Shown here in pieces: positions 8,527 to 18,806 of a stretch of DNA of 64,000 bases. How positions within the stretch are numbered: the stretch's first letter is position 1; every line of letters starts with the position of its first letter. The DNA lies in NCBI GenBank assembly GCA_944385935.1, contig CALWZC010000004.1, positions 75,426 through 139,425 of the forward strand. Direction: 5' to 3'. The translations under genes and the position numbers were made by a program. This DNA comes from an uncultured Anaerofilum sp. Its GTDB lineage: Bacteria; Bacillota; Clostridia; Oscillospirales; Ruminococcaceae. The notes under the pieces are model-generated. The model had not been told where the DNA came from and searched no databases. It saw only the letters and a list, made by a program, of their open reading frames with translations.

Positions 8527-11124
8527 GTGGCAAAACTGTCCCCTATGATGCAACAATATTTCCAGTTGAAGGAAGATTATAAAGACGAAATTCTGTTCTT
8601 TCGCTTGGGCGATTTTTATGAAATGTTTTATGATGATGCTCTTTTAGCGTCTAAAGAGTTGGAACTCACCCTCACAGGAAGGGACTGCGGACAAGAGGAG
8701 CGTGCCCCTATGTGTGGGGTGCCCTTTCATAGCAGCGAAAGCTATATTGCCCGACTGATTGCAAAAGGGTATAAAGTTGCCATCTGTGAACAGGTGGAAG
8801 ACCCTGCCTCTGCAAAAGGACTGGTAAAACGGGATGTCATTCGTGTGGTTACTCCCGGCACAGTCATTGAAAGTAGCATGCTGCCAGAAGACCGCAACAA
8901 TTACATTGCCAGCATTGCGGTACAAAAGGGAAGGGCTGGAATCTGCTTTGCAGATGTTTCCACAGGAGAAGCACAAGTTACCCTGTTGGAAGGAGAAAAC
9001 TTGGCAGACCAGATTCTTTCGGAACTATGCCGCTTTTCTCCCAGTGAGGTGTTAATGAATCCCACTTTACTGGACTATAAACAGGTAACAGATTACATAA
9101 AAAATAAACTTTCCTGTTCTGTGGAAATGATGGAAGAAAAAGACTATAAACCCACTGTGGTGGATGCTGTTATGCAGAGGCAGTTTGGCAAGGAATATGC
9201 CACACAGTTGGATATGGATAGCAGCGACTTAGAATGTTCCGCTTTGGCGGTGCTGTTGGAATATATTCTCCATACCCAGAAAAAAGGCTTGGAGCGAATG
9301 AAAACCGTTCACCGCTATGCAGAAAAGCAATTTATGCACCTTTCTCCCACAACACGCAACAATTTGGAATTGACCCAAACCATGCGAGGCAAGGAGAAAA
9401 AAGGAACCTTGCTGTGGGTGCTGGACAAAACAGCCACTCCTATGGGTAGGCGACTTCTGCGGAAATGGGTAGAACAACCACTGGTTTCTGCGGTGGCTAT
9501 CAACCATCGGTTGGAAGCAGTGGAACAACTGGTACAGGATACTGTAGGGCGTGGAGATATTTTTCAGGTATTGGATTGTATCTTTGATATGGAAAGGTTG
9601 ACCACTCGCACGGTATATGGTTCTGCAAGCCCCAAAGAGGTATATGCTTTGTCCGTCGCCTGTCAACAAATGCCCCAACTAAAGCAATTTGCAGCCAAAT
9701 ACACAGGGCAGGAATTGCAGCAAATCAGCAAGGACATTGACCCCCTAGAAGATATTTGCCAATGTATTCGGGATGCACTGGAAGAAACAGCCCCTGCCAC
9801 TCTAAAGGATGGCAATGTAATTCGGGCAGGATACAACGCTGAAGTGGACGAGCTGCGAGAAATTATGCACGGGGGCAAGGGATATCTTGCTACATTGGAA
9901 GCAAAGCTAAAAGAAGAAACAGGCATCCGTACCCTAAAGGTGGGCTATAATCGGGTATTTGGCTATTATATCGAGGTAAGCCGCAGTTTTTCCAGTCAAG
10001 TTCCCGAAACCTTTATCCGAAAACAAACCCTTGCCAATGCAGAGCGATACATCACCGACGAGCTAAAACAACTGGAATCCAAGATTTTGGGTGCCAGCGA
10101 GCGACTGTTGAACTTGGAAAAGGAATTGTTTGACCAGCTTTTACAAAAGATTGCTCAGCAGCTTGTACGGATTCAGCAAACCGCCACAGCCGTGGCAAAA
10201 CTGGATGTTCTGTGCTCTTTGGCGCAAGTGGCAGTGGAAAACAACTATACTCGTCCCATTGTGGAGGAAAACAATCTATTGAATATCCAGCAGGGGCGGC
10301 ATCCTGTCATTGAAAAAATTATGACAGGAGGGCTGTTTGTTCCCAATGATACGGTGATGGATTGCGATAGAAACCGGATGTTAATGATTACCGGCCCCAA
10401 TATGGCGGGAAAATCCACCTATATGCGGCAAAATGCCCTAATTGTGCTGATGGCACAGATTGGCAGCTTTGTTCCTGCACAGCATTGCAGAGTGGGAGTA
10501 GTAGACGCAATTTTCACCCGTGTAGGTGCCGCTGATGATTTGGCGGCAGGTCAATCTACATTTATGGTAGAAATGAACGAGGTTGCCGAAATTTTGCAGC
10601 ATGCAACCCATAAAAGTTTGGTGATTTTGGACGAAATTGGCAGAGGTACTTCTACCTTTGATGGTATGAGCATTGCCCGTGCTGTGGTGGAATACATTGC
10701 AGACAAAACAGGGCATTTGGGTTGTAAGACCCTATTTGCTACCCATTACCATGAGTTGACCGAAATGGAACATACCACAGATGGCGTGAAAAACTATTCC
10801 ATTGCTGTAAAAAAGAGGGGAGATGACATCACATTCCTGCGCAGAATTATTGCAGGCCCCGCAGATGATAGCTATGGAATCCAAGTGGCAAAATTGGCAG
10901 GTTTACCAGAAGCAGTGATTGACCGTGCAAAAGAAGTGTTGCAACAGTTGGAAACCTCTATGCCCAGCCCAGACAAAGCAATTCAGATGGATTGGAGCCA
11001 GATGGAAGAAAAGCCACAAGAATTGCCCCAACAAATGGTGGAAAAACTGCAAAAGGTGGACTTGGAAACCGTAACACCTTTGGAAGCCTTAAACCTCCTA
11101 TACCAACTCAAACAAATGGTGTAA
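8527..11124 (+). CDS. mutS: DNA mismatch repair protein MutS
   Basis: The N-terminus is TPMMQQY and the ORF is 865 aa. The Walker A motif is GPNMAGKST, and ST(F/Y)MVEM motifs are present. A GTG start lies 9 nt after AGGAGG. Confidence 0.95.
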   Translation: MAKLSPMMQQYFQLKEDYKDEILFFRLGDFYEMFYDDALLASKELELTLTGRDCGQEERAPMCGVPFHSSESYIARLIAKGYKVAICEQVEDPASAKGLVKRDVIRVVTPGTVIESSMLPEDRNNYIASIAVQKGRAGICFADVSTGEAQVTLLEGENLADQILSELCRFSPSEVLMNPTLLDYKQVTDYIKNKLSCSVEMMEEKDYKPTVVDAVMQRQFGKEYATQLDMDSSDLECSALAVLLEYILHTQKKGLERMKTVHRYAEKQFMHLSPTTRNNLELTQTMRGKEKKGTLLWVLDKTATPMGRRLLRKWVEQPLVSAVAINHRLEAVEQLVQDTVGRGDIFQVLDCIFDMERLTTRTVYGSASPKEVYALSVACQQMPQLKQFAAKYTGQELQQISKDIDPLEDICQCIRDALEETAPATLKDGNVIRAGYNAEVDELREIMHGGKGYLATLEAKLKEETGIRTLKVGYNRVFGYYIEVSRSFSSQVPETFIRKQTLANAERYITDELKQLESKILGASERLLNLEKELFDQLLQKIAQQLVRIQQTATAVAKLDVLCSLAQVAVENNYTRPIVEENNLLNIQQGRHPVIEKIMTGGLFVPNDTVMDCDRNRMLMITGPNMAGKSTYMRQNALIVLMAQIGSFVPAQHCRVGVVDAIFTRVGAADDLAAGQSTFMVEMNEVAEILQHATHKSLVILDEIGRGTSTFDGMSIARAVVEYIADKTGHLGCKTLFATHYHELTEMEHTTDGVKNYSIAVKKRGDDITFLRRIIAGPADDSYGIQVAKLAGLPEAVIDRAKEVLQQLETSMPSPDKAIQMDWSQMEEKPQELPQQMVEKLQKVDLETVTPLEALNLLYQLKQMV

Positions 11125-11163
11125 GGATAGGTATTCCATAGAACGAGAAAAGGAGGAGATTGC

Positions 11164-13140
11164 ATGGCAGTCATTCATGTATTGGACAAGCATACCGCCG
11201 AATTGATTGCGGCAGGGGAGGTAGTGGAGCGTCCGGCATCGGTAGTAAAGGAATTGCTGGAAAATTCCATTGATGCTGGAGCCAAACAGATAACAGTTTC
11301 CATTGTCCGTGGTGGTGTGGCGCAAATTGAAGTGTCTGACAATGGAAGTGGTATTGAAGTAGAGTATATTGCCACCGCTTTTATTCGCCATGCTACTAGT
11401 AAAATCTCCTGCCAACAAGATTTGGAATCCATTGGAACCTTGGGATTCCGTGGAGAAGCTCTAGCCTCCATTGCCAGCGTTGCCCGAATACAGCTTGTCA
11501 CCTGCACCCCTCAAGATGAGTTTGCTTACTGCTACCGCATAGAGGGAGGCGAGGAAATAGGCATAGAGCCGGCGGCCCGTCCAGTGGGAACAACTATCAC
11601 TGTTTCGGACTTGTTTTACAATACTCCAGCCCGCATGAAGTTTTTGAAAAAGGATTCTAGTGAAGGAACCTTTGTGGCAGAAACCATACAAAGGATTGCT
11701 CTTTCTCATCCAGAAGTAAGCATTGCTTTTATTCGTGAGGGAAAGCAGCAATTTCGTACCCCCGGCACAGGAAAGTTGATGGATACTATTTACACTGTGC
11801 TAGGTAGGGAATTTTCAAAGGAATTGCTGTCTGTAGAAAGCCAGAGTGGAGCCTATCAGGTAAAAGGATGGATTACCCCGCCTCGTTGCTGTCGTGCCAG
11901 TCGAGCAATGCAATATTTCTATATCAATGGGCGTTTTGTAAAAAATAAAACCATGATGGCAGCCCTAGAAACGGCCTACAAGGGAACAGTTATGCAAGGG
12001 AAATTTCCCGGGTGTGTGTTGGAATTGCAGTTGCCCCCGGAATTGGTGGATGTAAATGTGCATCCAGCAAAAATTGAGGTGCGCTTTGCTCATGAACAGG
12101 ATGTTTTTGATGCTGTGTACAAAGGAGTAAAATTGGCTTTGTCGGTGCCACAAGCCTCCCAAAAGCAGTTGGAGTTTTCTACAAAGCCACAGCCAGAGCA
12201 TAAACAAATGCAAATGCCTTCCATTTCTGTGCCACCACAAACCTCTGTAATTCCCAAGCAGGAAACAATCATTTTGGCAAAACAGCAACCTACACTATCA
12301 CAAATTACACCAAACGTTTCTACAAAAGAGGAAATACGGCAAGAAAAATATGTGATTACCACGCGAAATCCAAAAGCATTTTCTGGGCTGTGTTCTTCCA
12401 GTTTGCCCTATACTGTGCACCACAAAGAACCAGACCTTGATGTTATGGTAGAGGAAGATGATTCTTTTCCTGTTGTGGAGCAGCCAGCAGCAGAAACAGA
12501 ATTACCTACCCAAGAGGAAGTAGTACCTTCTCAGATGGAACTGGTTTCCCAAGAGGAGGAGAACAAAGGTTCAGCCCCTTTGCAAATTGTAGGGGAGATG
12601 TTTGGAACCTATATCCTTGCCCAGCGAGGACAGGAAATGTGCTTTATTGATAAACATGCAGCCCATGAGCGTATTTTGTATGAAAAGTTAAAGAATCAGC
12701 AAATGGCAGATGGACAGCTGTTGATGGAGCCTGTAAGCGTGCAGCTTTCCGCAGAACAAAAAAATGCTGTGCTGCAACAGGCGGATTTGCTGGAACAGCA
12801 AGGAATCCAGTTGGAGGACTTTGGTGGGTCTACGGTGTTGGTGCGAACGGTTCCTTTGGATATTTCCCCCAGTGAAGTGGAACCTTTGGTTGAGGAATTG
12901 GCATCCAACTTGGTGCTAAACAATCGCCAAAGCCGAACAGAAAAAGCGGAATGGGTGTTGCATTCCATTGCTTGCCGTGCTGCGGTAAAAGCTGGTGACC
13001 ACAACAGCACAGAAGAACTGTTGCACTTGGCACAACAAATTTTAGAGGGGGAAATTCCCCTATTCTGTCCCCATGGCAGACCGGTGATTTTAAAATTGAC
13101 ACAAAAGGAGCTGGAAAAACAGTTTGGTAGACAAGGATAA
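11164..13140 (+). CDS. mutL: DNA mismatch repair protein MutL
   Basis: The GHKL ATPase N-terminus is present (ELLENSIDAG, DNGSGI). The C-terminal dimerisation domain is present (HAAHERILYE, CPHGRP). Confidence 0.95.
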   Translation: MAVIHVLDKHTAELIAAGEVVERPASVVKELLENSIDAGAKQITVSIVRGGVAQIEVSDNGSGIEVEYIATAFIRHATSKISCQQDLESIGTLGFRGEALASIASVARIQLVTCTPQDEFAYCYRIEGGEEIGIEPAARPVGTTITVSDLFYNTPARMKFLKKDSSEGTFVAETIQRIALSHPEVSIAFIREGKQQFRTPGTGKLMDTIYTVLGREFSKELLSVESQSGAYQVKGWITPPRCCRASRAMQYFYINGRFVKNKTMMAALETAYKGTVMQGKFPGCVLELQLPPELVDVNVHPAKIEVRFAHEQDVFDAVYKGVKLALSVPQASQKQLEFSTKPQPEHKQMQMPSISVPPQTSVIPKQETIILAKQQPTLSQITPNVSTKEEIRQEKYVITTRNPKAFSGLCSSSLPYTVHHKEPDLDVMVEEDDSFPVVEQPAAETELPTQEEVVPSQMELVSQEEENKGSAPLQIVGEMFGTYILAQRGQEMCFIDKHAAHERILYEKLKNQQMADGQLLMEPVSVQLSAEQKNAVLQQADLLEQQGIQLEDFGGSTVLVRTVPLDISPSEVEPLVEELASNLVLNNRQSRTEKAEWVLHSIACRAAVKAGDHNSTEELLHLAQQILEGEIPLFCPHGRPVILKLTQKELEKQFGRQG

Positions 13141-14104
13141 AACTACAATCATTGCCATTGGCGGCCCCACTGCCAGCGGAAAAACCAGCCTTTCGGTGGA
13201 ATTGGCAAAGGCATGGAATGGGGAGATTATTTCAGCGGATTCCATGCAGATTTACAAAGGGCTAGATATTGGCACCGCCAAAGCAACCCCAGAGGAACAG
13301 CAGGGAATCCCTCATCATCTGGTAGATATTCTATCCCCTGAACAACGGTTTAGTGCGGCAGATTTTGTGGAAAGGGCACAGCAATGTATTGAGGAAATTG
13401 TACAGCGTGGAAAATTGCCCATTGTGGTGGGGGGCACAGGGCTATATATAGAAAGTTTGTTGAAAGGGGTACAATTTACCAAAGAAGAATTTGACCCCAA
13501 TCTTCGCAATAAGCTGGAGCAGGAAGCCGCTTTGTATGGTGCAGAAGAAATGCACCGCCGGTTACAACAAATCGACCCAGAGTATGCAGCTACCTTACAC
13601 CCCAACAATCAGGGCCGTGTCCTTCGTGCTATAGAGCTGTATTTACAAACAGGAACCACCATGACCGAGCAGCGAAAAAACTCTTTGCCTCCACAGCAAC
13701 CATACAACAGCTTGCTGTTGGTTTTGGGTTGTGAAAATCGGCAAACGTTATATGACCGAATCAATCTTCGGGTAGACCAAATGGTACAGCAGGGCCTAGA
13801 ACAAGAGGCACGCTATGTATACCAACACAAACACACCTTTGCTACCGCTGCACAAGCCATCGGCTACAAGGAGTTTTTTCCATATTTTGAGCAACAGCAA
13901 ACCTTGGAAGAATCGGTGGAGCAGTTGAAACAGGCCACACGAAAATATGCAAAGCGACAACTTACATGGTTCCGACGGATGGAAGGGGTACATTGGTTGC
14001 AACTAGACCAAAATCCCTTGCAGGAGGCAATGTCCTTGGTAGAACAACACTTGCAAAAGGTTGAAGGGAACTGTGGAAAGGAAAAATTGCTATGGGACAA
14101 GTAA
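13124..14104 (+). CDS. miaA: tRNA dimethylallyltransferase MiaA
   Basis: The P-loop is GPTASGKT and the MiaA motifs match (ADSMQIYKGLDIGTAK, HHL(V)D). The start is TTG and overlaps the mutL 3' end by 17 nt. Confidence 0.9.
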   Translation: MVDKDKTTIIAIGGPTASGKTSLSVELAKAWNGEIISADSMQIYKGLDIGTAKATPEEQQGIPHHLVDILSPEQRFSAADFVERAQQCIEEIVQRGKLPIVVGGTGLYIESLLKGVQFTKEEFDPNLRNKLEQEAALYGAEEMHRRLQQIDPEYAATLHPNNQGRVLRAIELYLQTGTTMTEQRKNSLPPQQPYNSLLLVLGCENRQTLYDRINLRVDQMVQQGLEQEARYVYQHKHTFATAAQAIGYKEFFPYFEQQQTLEESVEQLKQATRKYAKRQLTWFRRMEGVHWLQLDQNPLQEAMSLVEQHLQKVEGNCGKEKLLWDK

Positions 14105-15330
14105 AACGATATCTGGGTATTACTGCCATGTTGCTATTAGGGGCAGCAGTTTTATACTTAGTTATGCAAATTTATGCAATTATGAACCCCAGCTACCGCA
14201 CCGAAACAGCCATCTACTATGAAATGTCGGAAAACATCGAAATGAAAGCAGCGGCTGTATTTCAACGGCAAACCATAGAAGGTGGAGGTACATTGGGCTA
14301 CTTGGTGGAGGATGGTGAGCGAGTGCACCCCGGGCAGGTGATAGCAGAGCGATATTCTAGCCCACAACAGGCACAAGCACAGGCACAATACCGCCAGCTT
14401 CAAAGGCAAGTAGAGATGTTGCAAAGCTCTAGCAAGGTGCAAGGAGTGGATGTAGGTGCCATTACAAGGCAGTTGCAAGATGGCCTATATTCACTTGTGG
14501 CAGACTTAGGACAGAGCAATTATTACGATTCAACGGAATATTTTAATAGTTATTTGGTAGCGGCAAATAAGGTACAATGTTTGACTGGAAAGACCAGTGG
14601 ATTTGACCAACGAATCGCCCAAATTCAGGGGCAAATGGAGGCACTGTCTGCCACAGTAGGAACCCCAGAAACCATAGGTTCTCCTGCCAGTGGCTATTTT
14701 GTGCGCAGCGAGCAAGCAGGAGTGCAGCCCTTTTCCCAAGAACAGTTGGAACAGATGACACCCCAGCAACTGCTGGAGGAATTGGATAAAACCTTCCCCG
14801 ACAATTCTCAGGGAGTGGGGGAAATTATTACAGACTATCGTTGGAGTTTGTATGGCACAACAGATTCATCATTAGCACAACAGCTAAAAGCGGGACAAAG
14901 TGTCACTTTGCGCCTTCCAGAACGGGGTGGGCTGGAATTTCCAGTAAAGGTGGAGCAGGTTCAGGCAGATAGAGAAAATGGGTTATACAAAATAAAACTC
15001 AGCTGTCAAAACATTACGCCACAAGCCTTGGGATTAGGTGTGGAACGGGTAGAAGTTGTGGTAAATGAATACGAAGGAATCCGTGTTCCCCGCAGTGCAG
15101 AACACATTCATATTTCCACCGATGAAAATGGGAAAGAAGTGGAAGAATATGGTGTATATGTAAAATTGGGAACCTTGATGTATTTCCGTAAAATTACAAA
15201 TAAGCTCTACCAAAATGAGGAATACATGTTGTTGCCTTTGAATCCAAGTGAAGAAGATGGCGACGAAGTGCGGTTGTATGATGAAGTAATTGTAGAGGGC
15301 ACAGATTTGGACAATGGAAAGCTGATTTAA
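14092..15330 (+). CDS. HlyD-like / membrane-fusion-like protein with N-terminal TM and coiled coil
   Basis: An N-terminal TM helix is followed by a biotin-lipoyl-like hairpin (GYLVEDGERVHPGQVIAE) and a long Q-rich coiled coil. The function is unclear. Confidence 0.45.
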   Translation: MGQVKRYLGITAMLLLGAAVLYLVMQIYAIMNPSYRTETAIYYEMSENIEMKAAAVFQRQTIEGGGTLGYLVEDGERVHPGQVIAERYSSPQQAQAQAQYRQLQRQVEMLQSSSKVQGVDVGAITRQLQDGLYSLVADLGQSNYYDSTEYFNSYLVAANKVQCLTGKTSGFDQRIAQIQGQMEALSATVGTPETIGSPASGYFVRSEQAGVQPFSQEQLEQMTPQQLLEELDKTFPDNSQGVGEIITDYRWSLYGTTDSSLAQQLKAGQSVTLRLPERGGLEFPVKVEQVQADRENGLYKIKLSCQNITPQALGLGVERVEVVVNEYEGIRVPRSAEHIHISTDENGKEVEEYGVYVKLGTLMYFRKITNKLYQNEEYMLLPLNPSEEDGDEVRLYDEVIVEGTDLDNGKLI

Positions 15331-15368
15331 GGTGTTTTTGTCGAAACAACAGAAAGTTTGCCGGAGTT

Positions 15369-15397
15369 GTTGACATTGCAAACAAAAAAAGAGATAA
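15369..15397 (+). promoter_or_regulatory. sigma-A-type promoter for the sepF cluster
   Basis: TTGACA (15369-15374) is followed by a 17-nt spacer and GATAAT (15392-15397). Confidence 0.5.
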
Positions 15398-15486
15398 TTA
15401 AAAAAACATCTCAACATGCTTCATGAAAAGAAAATGGAAATATGAACATGTGCCGTTTACAAATCGCATAAAAGGAGAAAACGGGT

Positions 15487-15939
15487 ATGTCTTTTTTAGG
15501 AAATATCAAAGGCTTTCTAAAGGGAGAGTCTGATGACGATTATGAGTACGAAGATTATGAAGAGGAAGAAATGGAAGAGCAGCCAGCCCCCGAACTGCCT
15601 GCATCTGTCCCTTCCGAGCAGGAAAATCGCCGTGGAAAAGTAGTTGCTATGGGTTCTGCTGCACCTTTGCAAGTGGTGTTAGTAAAACCAGAAAAGTTTG
15701 ATGATGCCAGCAGCATAGCCAACCACCTAAACCAGAAAAGAACAGTGGTATTAAACTTAGAGTCCACCAATAAAGAAATTTCTAAACGGTTGGTGGATTT
15801 TCTAACCGGTGTTGCCTATGCAAACAAAGCAAATATCAACCGTGTGGCTACCAATACATTCATTATTACCCCTCAAAATGTAGATTTGATGGGTGGTGAC
15901 ATTTTAGGAGATATGGAAAACAATGGCTCCTTCTTCTGA
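15487..15939 (+). CDS. sepF: cell division protein SepF
   Basis: An acidic N-terminal region precedes a SepF/DUF552 core (VVLVKPEKFDDASSIANHL…VVLNLES…RLVDFLTGVAYA). The RBS is AAAGGAGAAA. Confidence 0.85.
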   Translation: MSFLGNIKGFLKGESDDDYEYEDYEEEEMEEQPAPELPASVPSEQENRRGKVVAMGSAAPLQVVLVKPEKFDDASSIANHLNQKRTVVLNLESTNKEISKRLVDFLTGVAYANKANINRVATNTFIITPQNVDLMGGDILGDMENNGSFF

Positions 15940-15994
15940 GAAACAGCCGGCAGCAAAGCGGGGGTTTATCCCCCCGCAAAATGCCGAGGAACAA

Positions 15995-16720
15995 ATGTTG
16001 ATGCGTCGTGTGGAGGAGTTGTGCAAGCGAGTGCAGTATGGCCAGCGTCCTCGCAACACCGATTTCCTCAGCGACCGCCAACAGCAGTTGGCACAGGCAG
16101 CCATGAACCGTTGTGGCAGCGATTGCAGGATTCTATGGGATGGTGGATATGATGGCGCAGAGCGGAAAATGCTCACACTGTTGCCAGAAGGTATGGAATA
16201 TCAACAGCCCTTTTGTGGATTGCGTTTGTGCCCTATCGCCTCCAATGCCCATTTGCAACATAGAGATTGCTTGGGAGCAATTCTAGGGTTGGGATTGGAC
16301 AGAAAGAGCATAGGGGACATTTTGCTGCAAGAAGACGGCAGCAGTGTGGTGTTTTGTACATTTCCAGCAGCTGACCTTATTACACAAGAATTGGCCCAAA
16401 TTGGCAAAGAAACAGTGACTGTGGAACCCTATGAACAACTGCAAACACTTGCATTGCAAGCAACCTTGCAAACTGCCACTGTTGCTTCTTTGCGAGTGGA
16501 TGCCGTATTAGCAGCCATGCTCCATACCAGCAGAGAAAAGGCTGTCCAGCTCATTCGAGCAGGAAAGCTGGAAATAAACCATCTCCCTGTAACTGCCGCA
16601 CATATGCAGGTATATGAACAGGATGTGTTTACTGTTCGAGGTGTTGGGCGGTTTCGGTTGGAGCAAATTGGGGGGAAAAGTCGAAAAGACCGCATATTTA
16701 TTCAATATTACCAATATTAA
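15995..16720 (+). CDS. ylmH: YlmH-like S4-domain RNA-binding protein
   Basis: The position downstream of sepF and the C-terminal S4-like domain support the call. The start was chosen at ATG 15995/16001 because it is preceded by GAGGA. The ORF-track start at 15923 would overlap sepF. Confidence 0.7.
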   Translation: MLMRRVEELCKRVQYGQRPRNTDFLSDRQQQLAQAAMNRCGSDCRILWDGGYDGAERKMLTLLPEGMEYQQPFCGLRLCPIASNAHLQHRDCLGAILGLGLDRKSIGDILLQEDGSSVVFCTFPAADLITQELAQIGKETVTVEPYEQLQTLALQATLQTATVASLRVDAVLAAMLHTSREKAVQLIRAGKLEINHLPVTAAHMQVYEQDVFTVRGVGRFRLEQIGGKSRKDRIFIQYYQY

Positions 16721-16756
16721 GATAACCTTAGGTAAATAGGGAAAGGGGAATACTTT

Positions 16757-17311
16757 GTGTTAAAGAGTAGCGAAATTCGTGCTGTAACCTTTGATAAAAC
16801 AATGCGTGGCTATCGCTGTGAAGATGTGGATGCCTTCCTGCGAAAGGTTGCAGACCAAGTAGACGACCAAGATGCCACAATCGCAGATTTGGAGAAAAAG
16901 CTGCAAATTTTGGCCCAGCGTATTGAAGGATATCGAGCTGATGAAGATACCCTAAAAACCGCTTTGCTCAATGCTCAGCGTTTGGGTGAAAATGTTATCC
17001 ATGAGGCAAAGCAGAAAGCCGAAAGCATTCTGCGGGAAGCTTCCTTGAAGGCAGAAAGCCTTACTGAACAGGCAAAAGGACAAGTTCTAGAACAGAAGAT
17101 GGAACTGGAGAGAGTGCAAAGCGAAGTGGCACACTTTAAAGCCAGTGTTCTTAGCTTGTACAAAAGCCATATTGAATCCCTAAGCACTTTGCCTGGAAAT
17201 GAGCCAGAGCAACCAGAGGAAGAGGAGCAACCAGAGGAAACAGAGCAAGCCCAAGAGGAAATTGCACTGGAGGAGTTGGGAGAAGAATCCCAAGAGGGTT
17301 TGGAAGAGTAA
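16757..17311 (+). CDS. divIVA: cell division protein DivIVA
   Basis: The DivIVA N-terminus (LKSSEIRAVTFDKTMRGYRCEDVDAFL) is followed by a coiled coil and an acidic tail. A GTG start lies 8 nt after GAAAGGGGAA. Confidence 0.85.
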   Translation: MLKSSEIRAVTFDKTMRGYRCEDVDAFLRKVADQVDDQDATIADLEKKLQILAQRIEGYRADEDTLKTALLNAQRLGENVIHEAKQKAESILREASLKAESLTEQAKGQVLEQKMELERVQSEVAHFKASVLSLYKSHIESLSTLPGNEPEQPEEEEQPEETEQAQEEIALEELGEESQEGLEE

Positions 17312-17317
17312 AATGCA

Positions 17318-17360
17318 CAGGCGGTGTAGCCCCAAGGACACACCGCCTGCCCTTTTGTTT
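17318..17360 (+). terminator. rho-independent terminator after divIVA
   Basis: CAGGCGGTGT (17318-17327) pairs with ACACCGCCTG (17339-17348) and is followed by CCCTTTTGTTT. Confidence 0.8.
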
Positions 17361-17397
17361 GTGGCTGTATGCAATATCCACTTTGTGGAAAGGATGA

Positions 17398-17901
17398 TTG
17401 TGTTTGAAAGATAAAAAAACATTGTTGTTTGTACTATTTTCTGTGGTAATGATTGCAGTAGACCAAGTGTTGAAAGTATGGGCAACTGCCGCCCTTGCCC
17501 CCATTGGACAGGCGGATTTAATTCCCGGATTTTTGGGGTTGCAGTATGTTCTGAATGACGGAATGGCTTTTAGTATGTTTGCAGGTGCCCGGTGGTTGTT
17601 GGTGGTTGTTACCTCCATTGCATTAGTGCTTTTGGTTGGTTATGTGGTAGTAAAAAAGCCCACAGGTTTGTTCTTTTGGGCCTGTGCCTGTTTATTTGCT
17701 GGTGGTGTAGGAAACTTGATAGACCGTATCCGCACCGGTTTGGTGGTGGATTATCTAGCATTCCAGTTTGTTTCTTTTCCTGTGTTTAACTTTGCGGATA
17801 TTTTGGTCACCACCGGAGCAGGACTGCTATTGCTTTGGGCGGTCTTAGATACCATACAGGAAAGAAAAAAGGCCAAGGAGCAACCCAATGGAACAGCTTG
17901 A
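17398..17901 (+). CDS. lspA: lipoprotein signal peptidase II
   Basis: Four TM helices carry LspA motifs (NDGMAFSMF, NLIDRIR, FNFADI). The start is TTG. Confidence 0.85.
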   Translation: MCLKDKKTLLFVLFSVVMIAVDQVLKVWATAALAPIGQADLIPGFLGLQYVLNDGMAFSMFAGARWLLVVVTSIALVLLVGYVVVKKPTGLFFWACACLFAGGVGNLIDRIRTGLVVDYLAFQFVSFPVFNFADILVTTGAGLLLLWAVLDTIQERKKAKEQPNGTA

Positions 17902-18802
17902 GTTTATATGTGAGGAACAGCAACCAACCAGACTGGACAAGCTACTGACGGAATTTTTGCCGGATTACAGCCGCAGCGCATTGAGCCAACTTATTGCAGA
18001 TGGAATGGTGCAGCTCAATGGCAAACAAGCCGCAAAAAGTGCAAAACCGAAAAAAGGAGATATTTTACTTGTTTCCTTGCCTGACCCAGTAGAGCCGGAT
18101 GCACAACCAGAGGATATCCCTCTAAATATTGTCTATGAAGATAACAGTTTGTTGGTAGTGAATAAACCCAAAGGAATGGTAGTGCACCCAGCAGCAGGAA
18201 ACTACAATGGAACATTGGTAAATGGCTTGTTGTATCATTGCAAAGGCAGCCTTTCTGGAATTGGGGGGCAACTACGGCCAGGTATCGTCCATCGCATTGA
18301 TAAAAATACCAGTGGACTTTTGGTGGTGGCAAAAACGGACACTGCCCATAGCTTTTTGTCCCAGCAGATGGCAGAACACACTGTACAGCGTACATACCAT
18401 GCAGTTGCCTATGGGAGATTTCGGGAGCAAGAGGGCTTTGTAGAAGGAAATATTGGTCGTCATCCCCAAGACAGAAAGAAGATGGCTGTGGTGAGCACAG
18501 GGGGCAAATATGCTTATACCGGATGGAAGGTATTGGAGCAATTTCAAGGATTTGCCTATTTACAGTTGCAGCTAAAGACCGGAAGAACCCATCAGATTCG
18601 AGTACATATGGCCAGCATAGGGCACCCTTTGGCAGGGGATGATGTATATGGCCCCAAAGCTGTGATTCAAAAATTACAGGGACAGTGCCTTCATGCAAAA
18701 ACACTGGGCTTTGTCCATCCCGAAAGCCGCCAGTGGATGCAGTTTGATTCCCCCTTGCCAGAATATTTCGAGCAATTTTTGCAAACGCTGAAAAAGGAAT
18801 GA
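17888..18802 (+). CDS. rluD: RluA-family pseudouridine synthase (RluD-like)
   Basis: An S4 N-terminus is followed by the catalytic motif HRIDKNTSGLLVVAK. The gene overlaps lspA, as in the B. subtilis lspA-rluD pair. Confidence 0.85.
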   Translation: MEQLEFICEEQQPTRLDKLLTEFLPDYSRSALSQLIADGMVQLNGKQAAKSAKPKKGDILLVSLPDPVEPDAQPEDIPLNIVYEDNSLLVVNKPKGMVVHPAAGNYNGTLVNGLLYHCKGSLSGIGGQLRPGIVHRIDKNTSGLLVVAKTDTAHSFLSQQMAEHTVQRTYHAVAYGRFREQEGFVEGNIGRHPQDRKKMAVVSTGGKYAYTGWKVLEQFQGFAYLQLQLKTGRTHQIRVHMASIGHPLAGDDVYGPKAVIQKLQGQCLHAKTLGFVHPESRQWMQFDSPLPEYFEQFLQTLKKE

Positions 18803-18806
18803 GCCA

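Noticed and set aside
15339-15345. Perfect Spo0A-box heptamer TGTCGAA upstream of sepF
   Set aside because: A single 7-mer is expected several times by chance in 64 kb, and no second box or supporting context is present.
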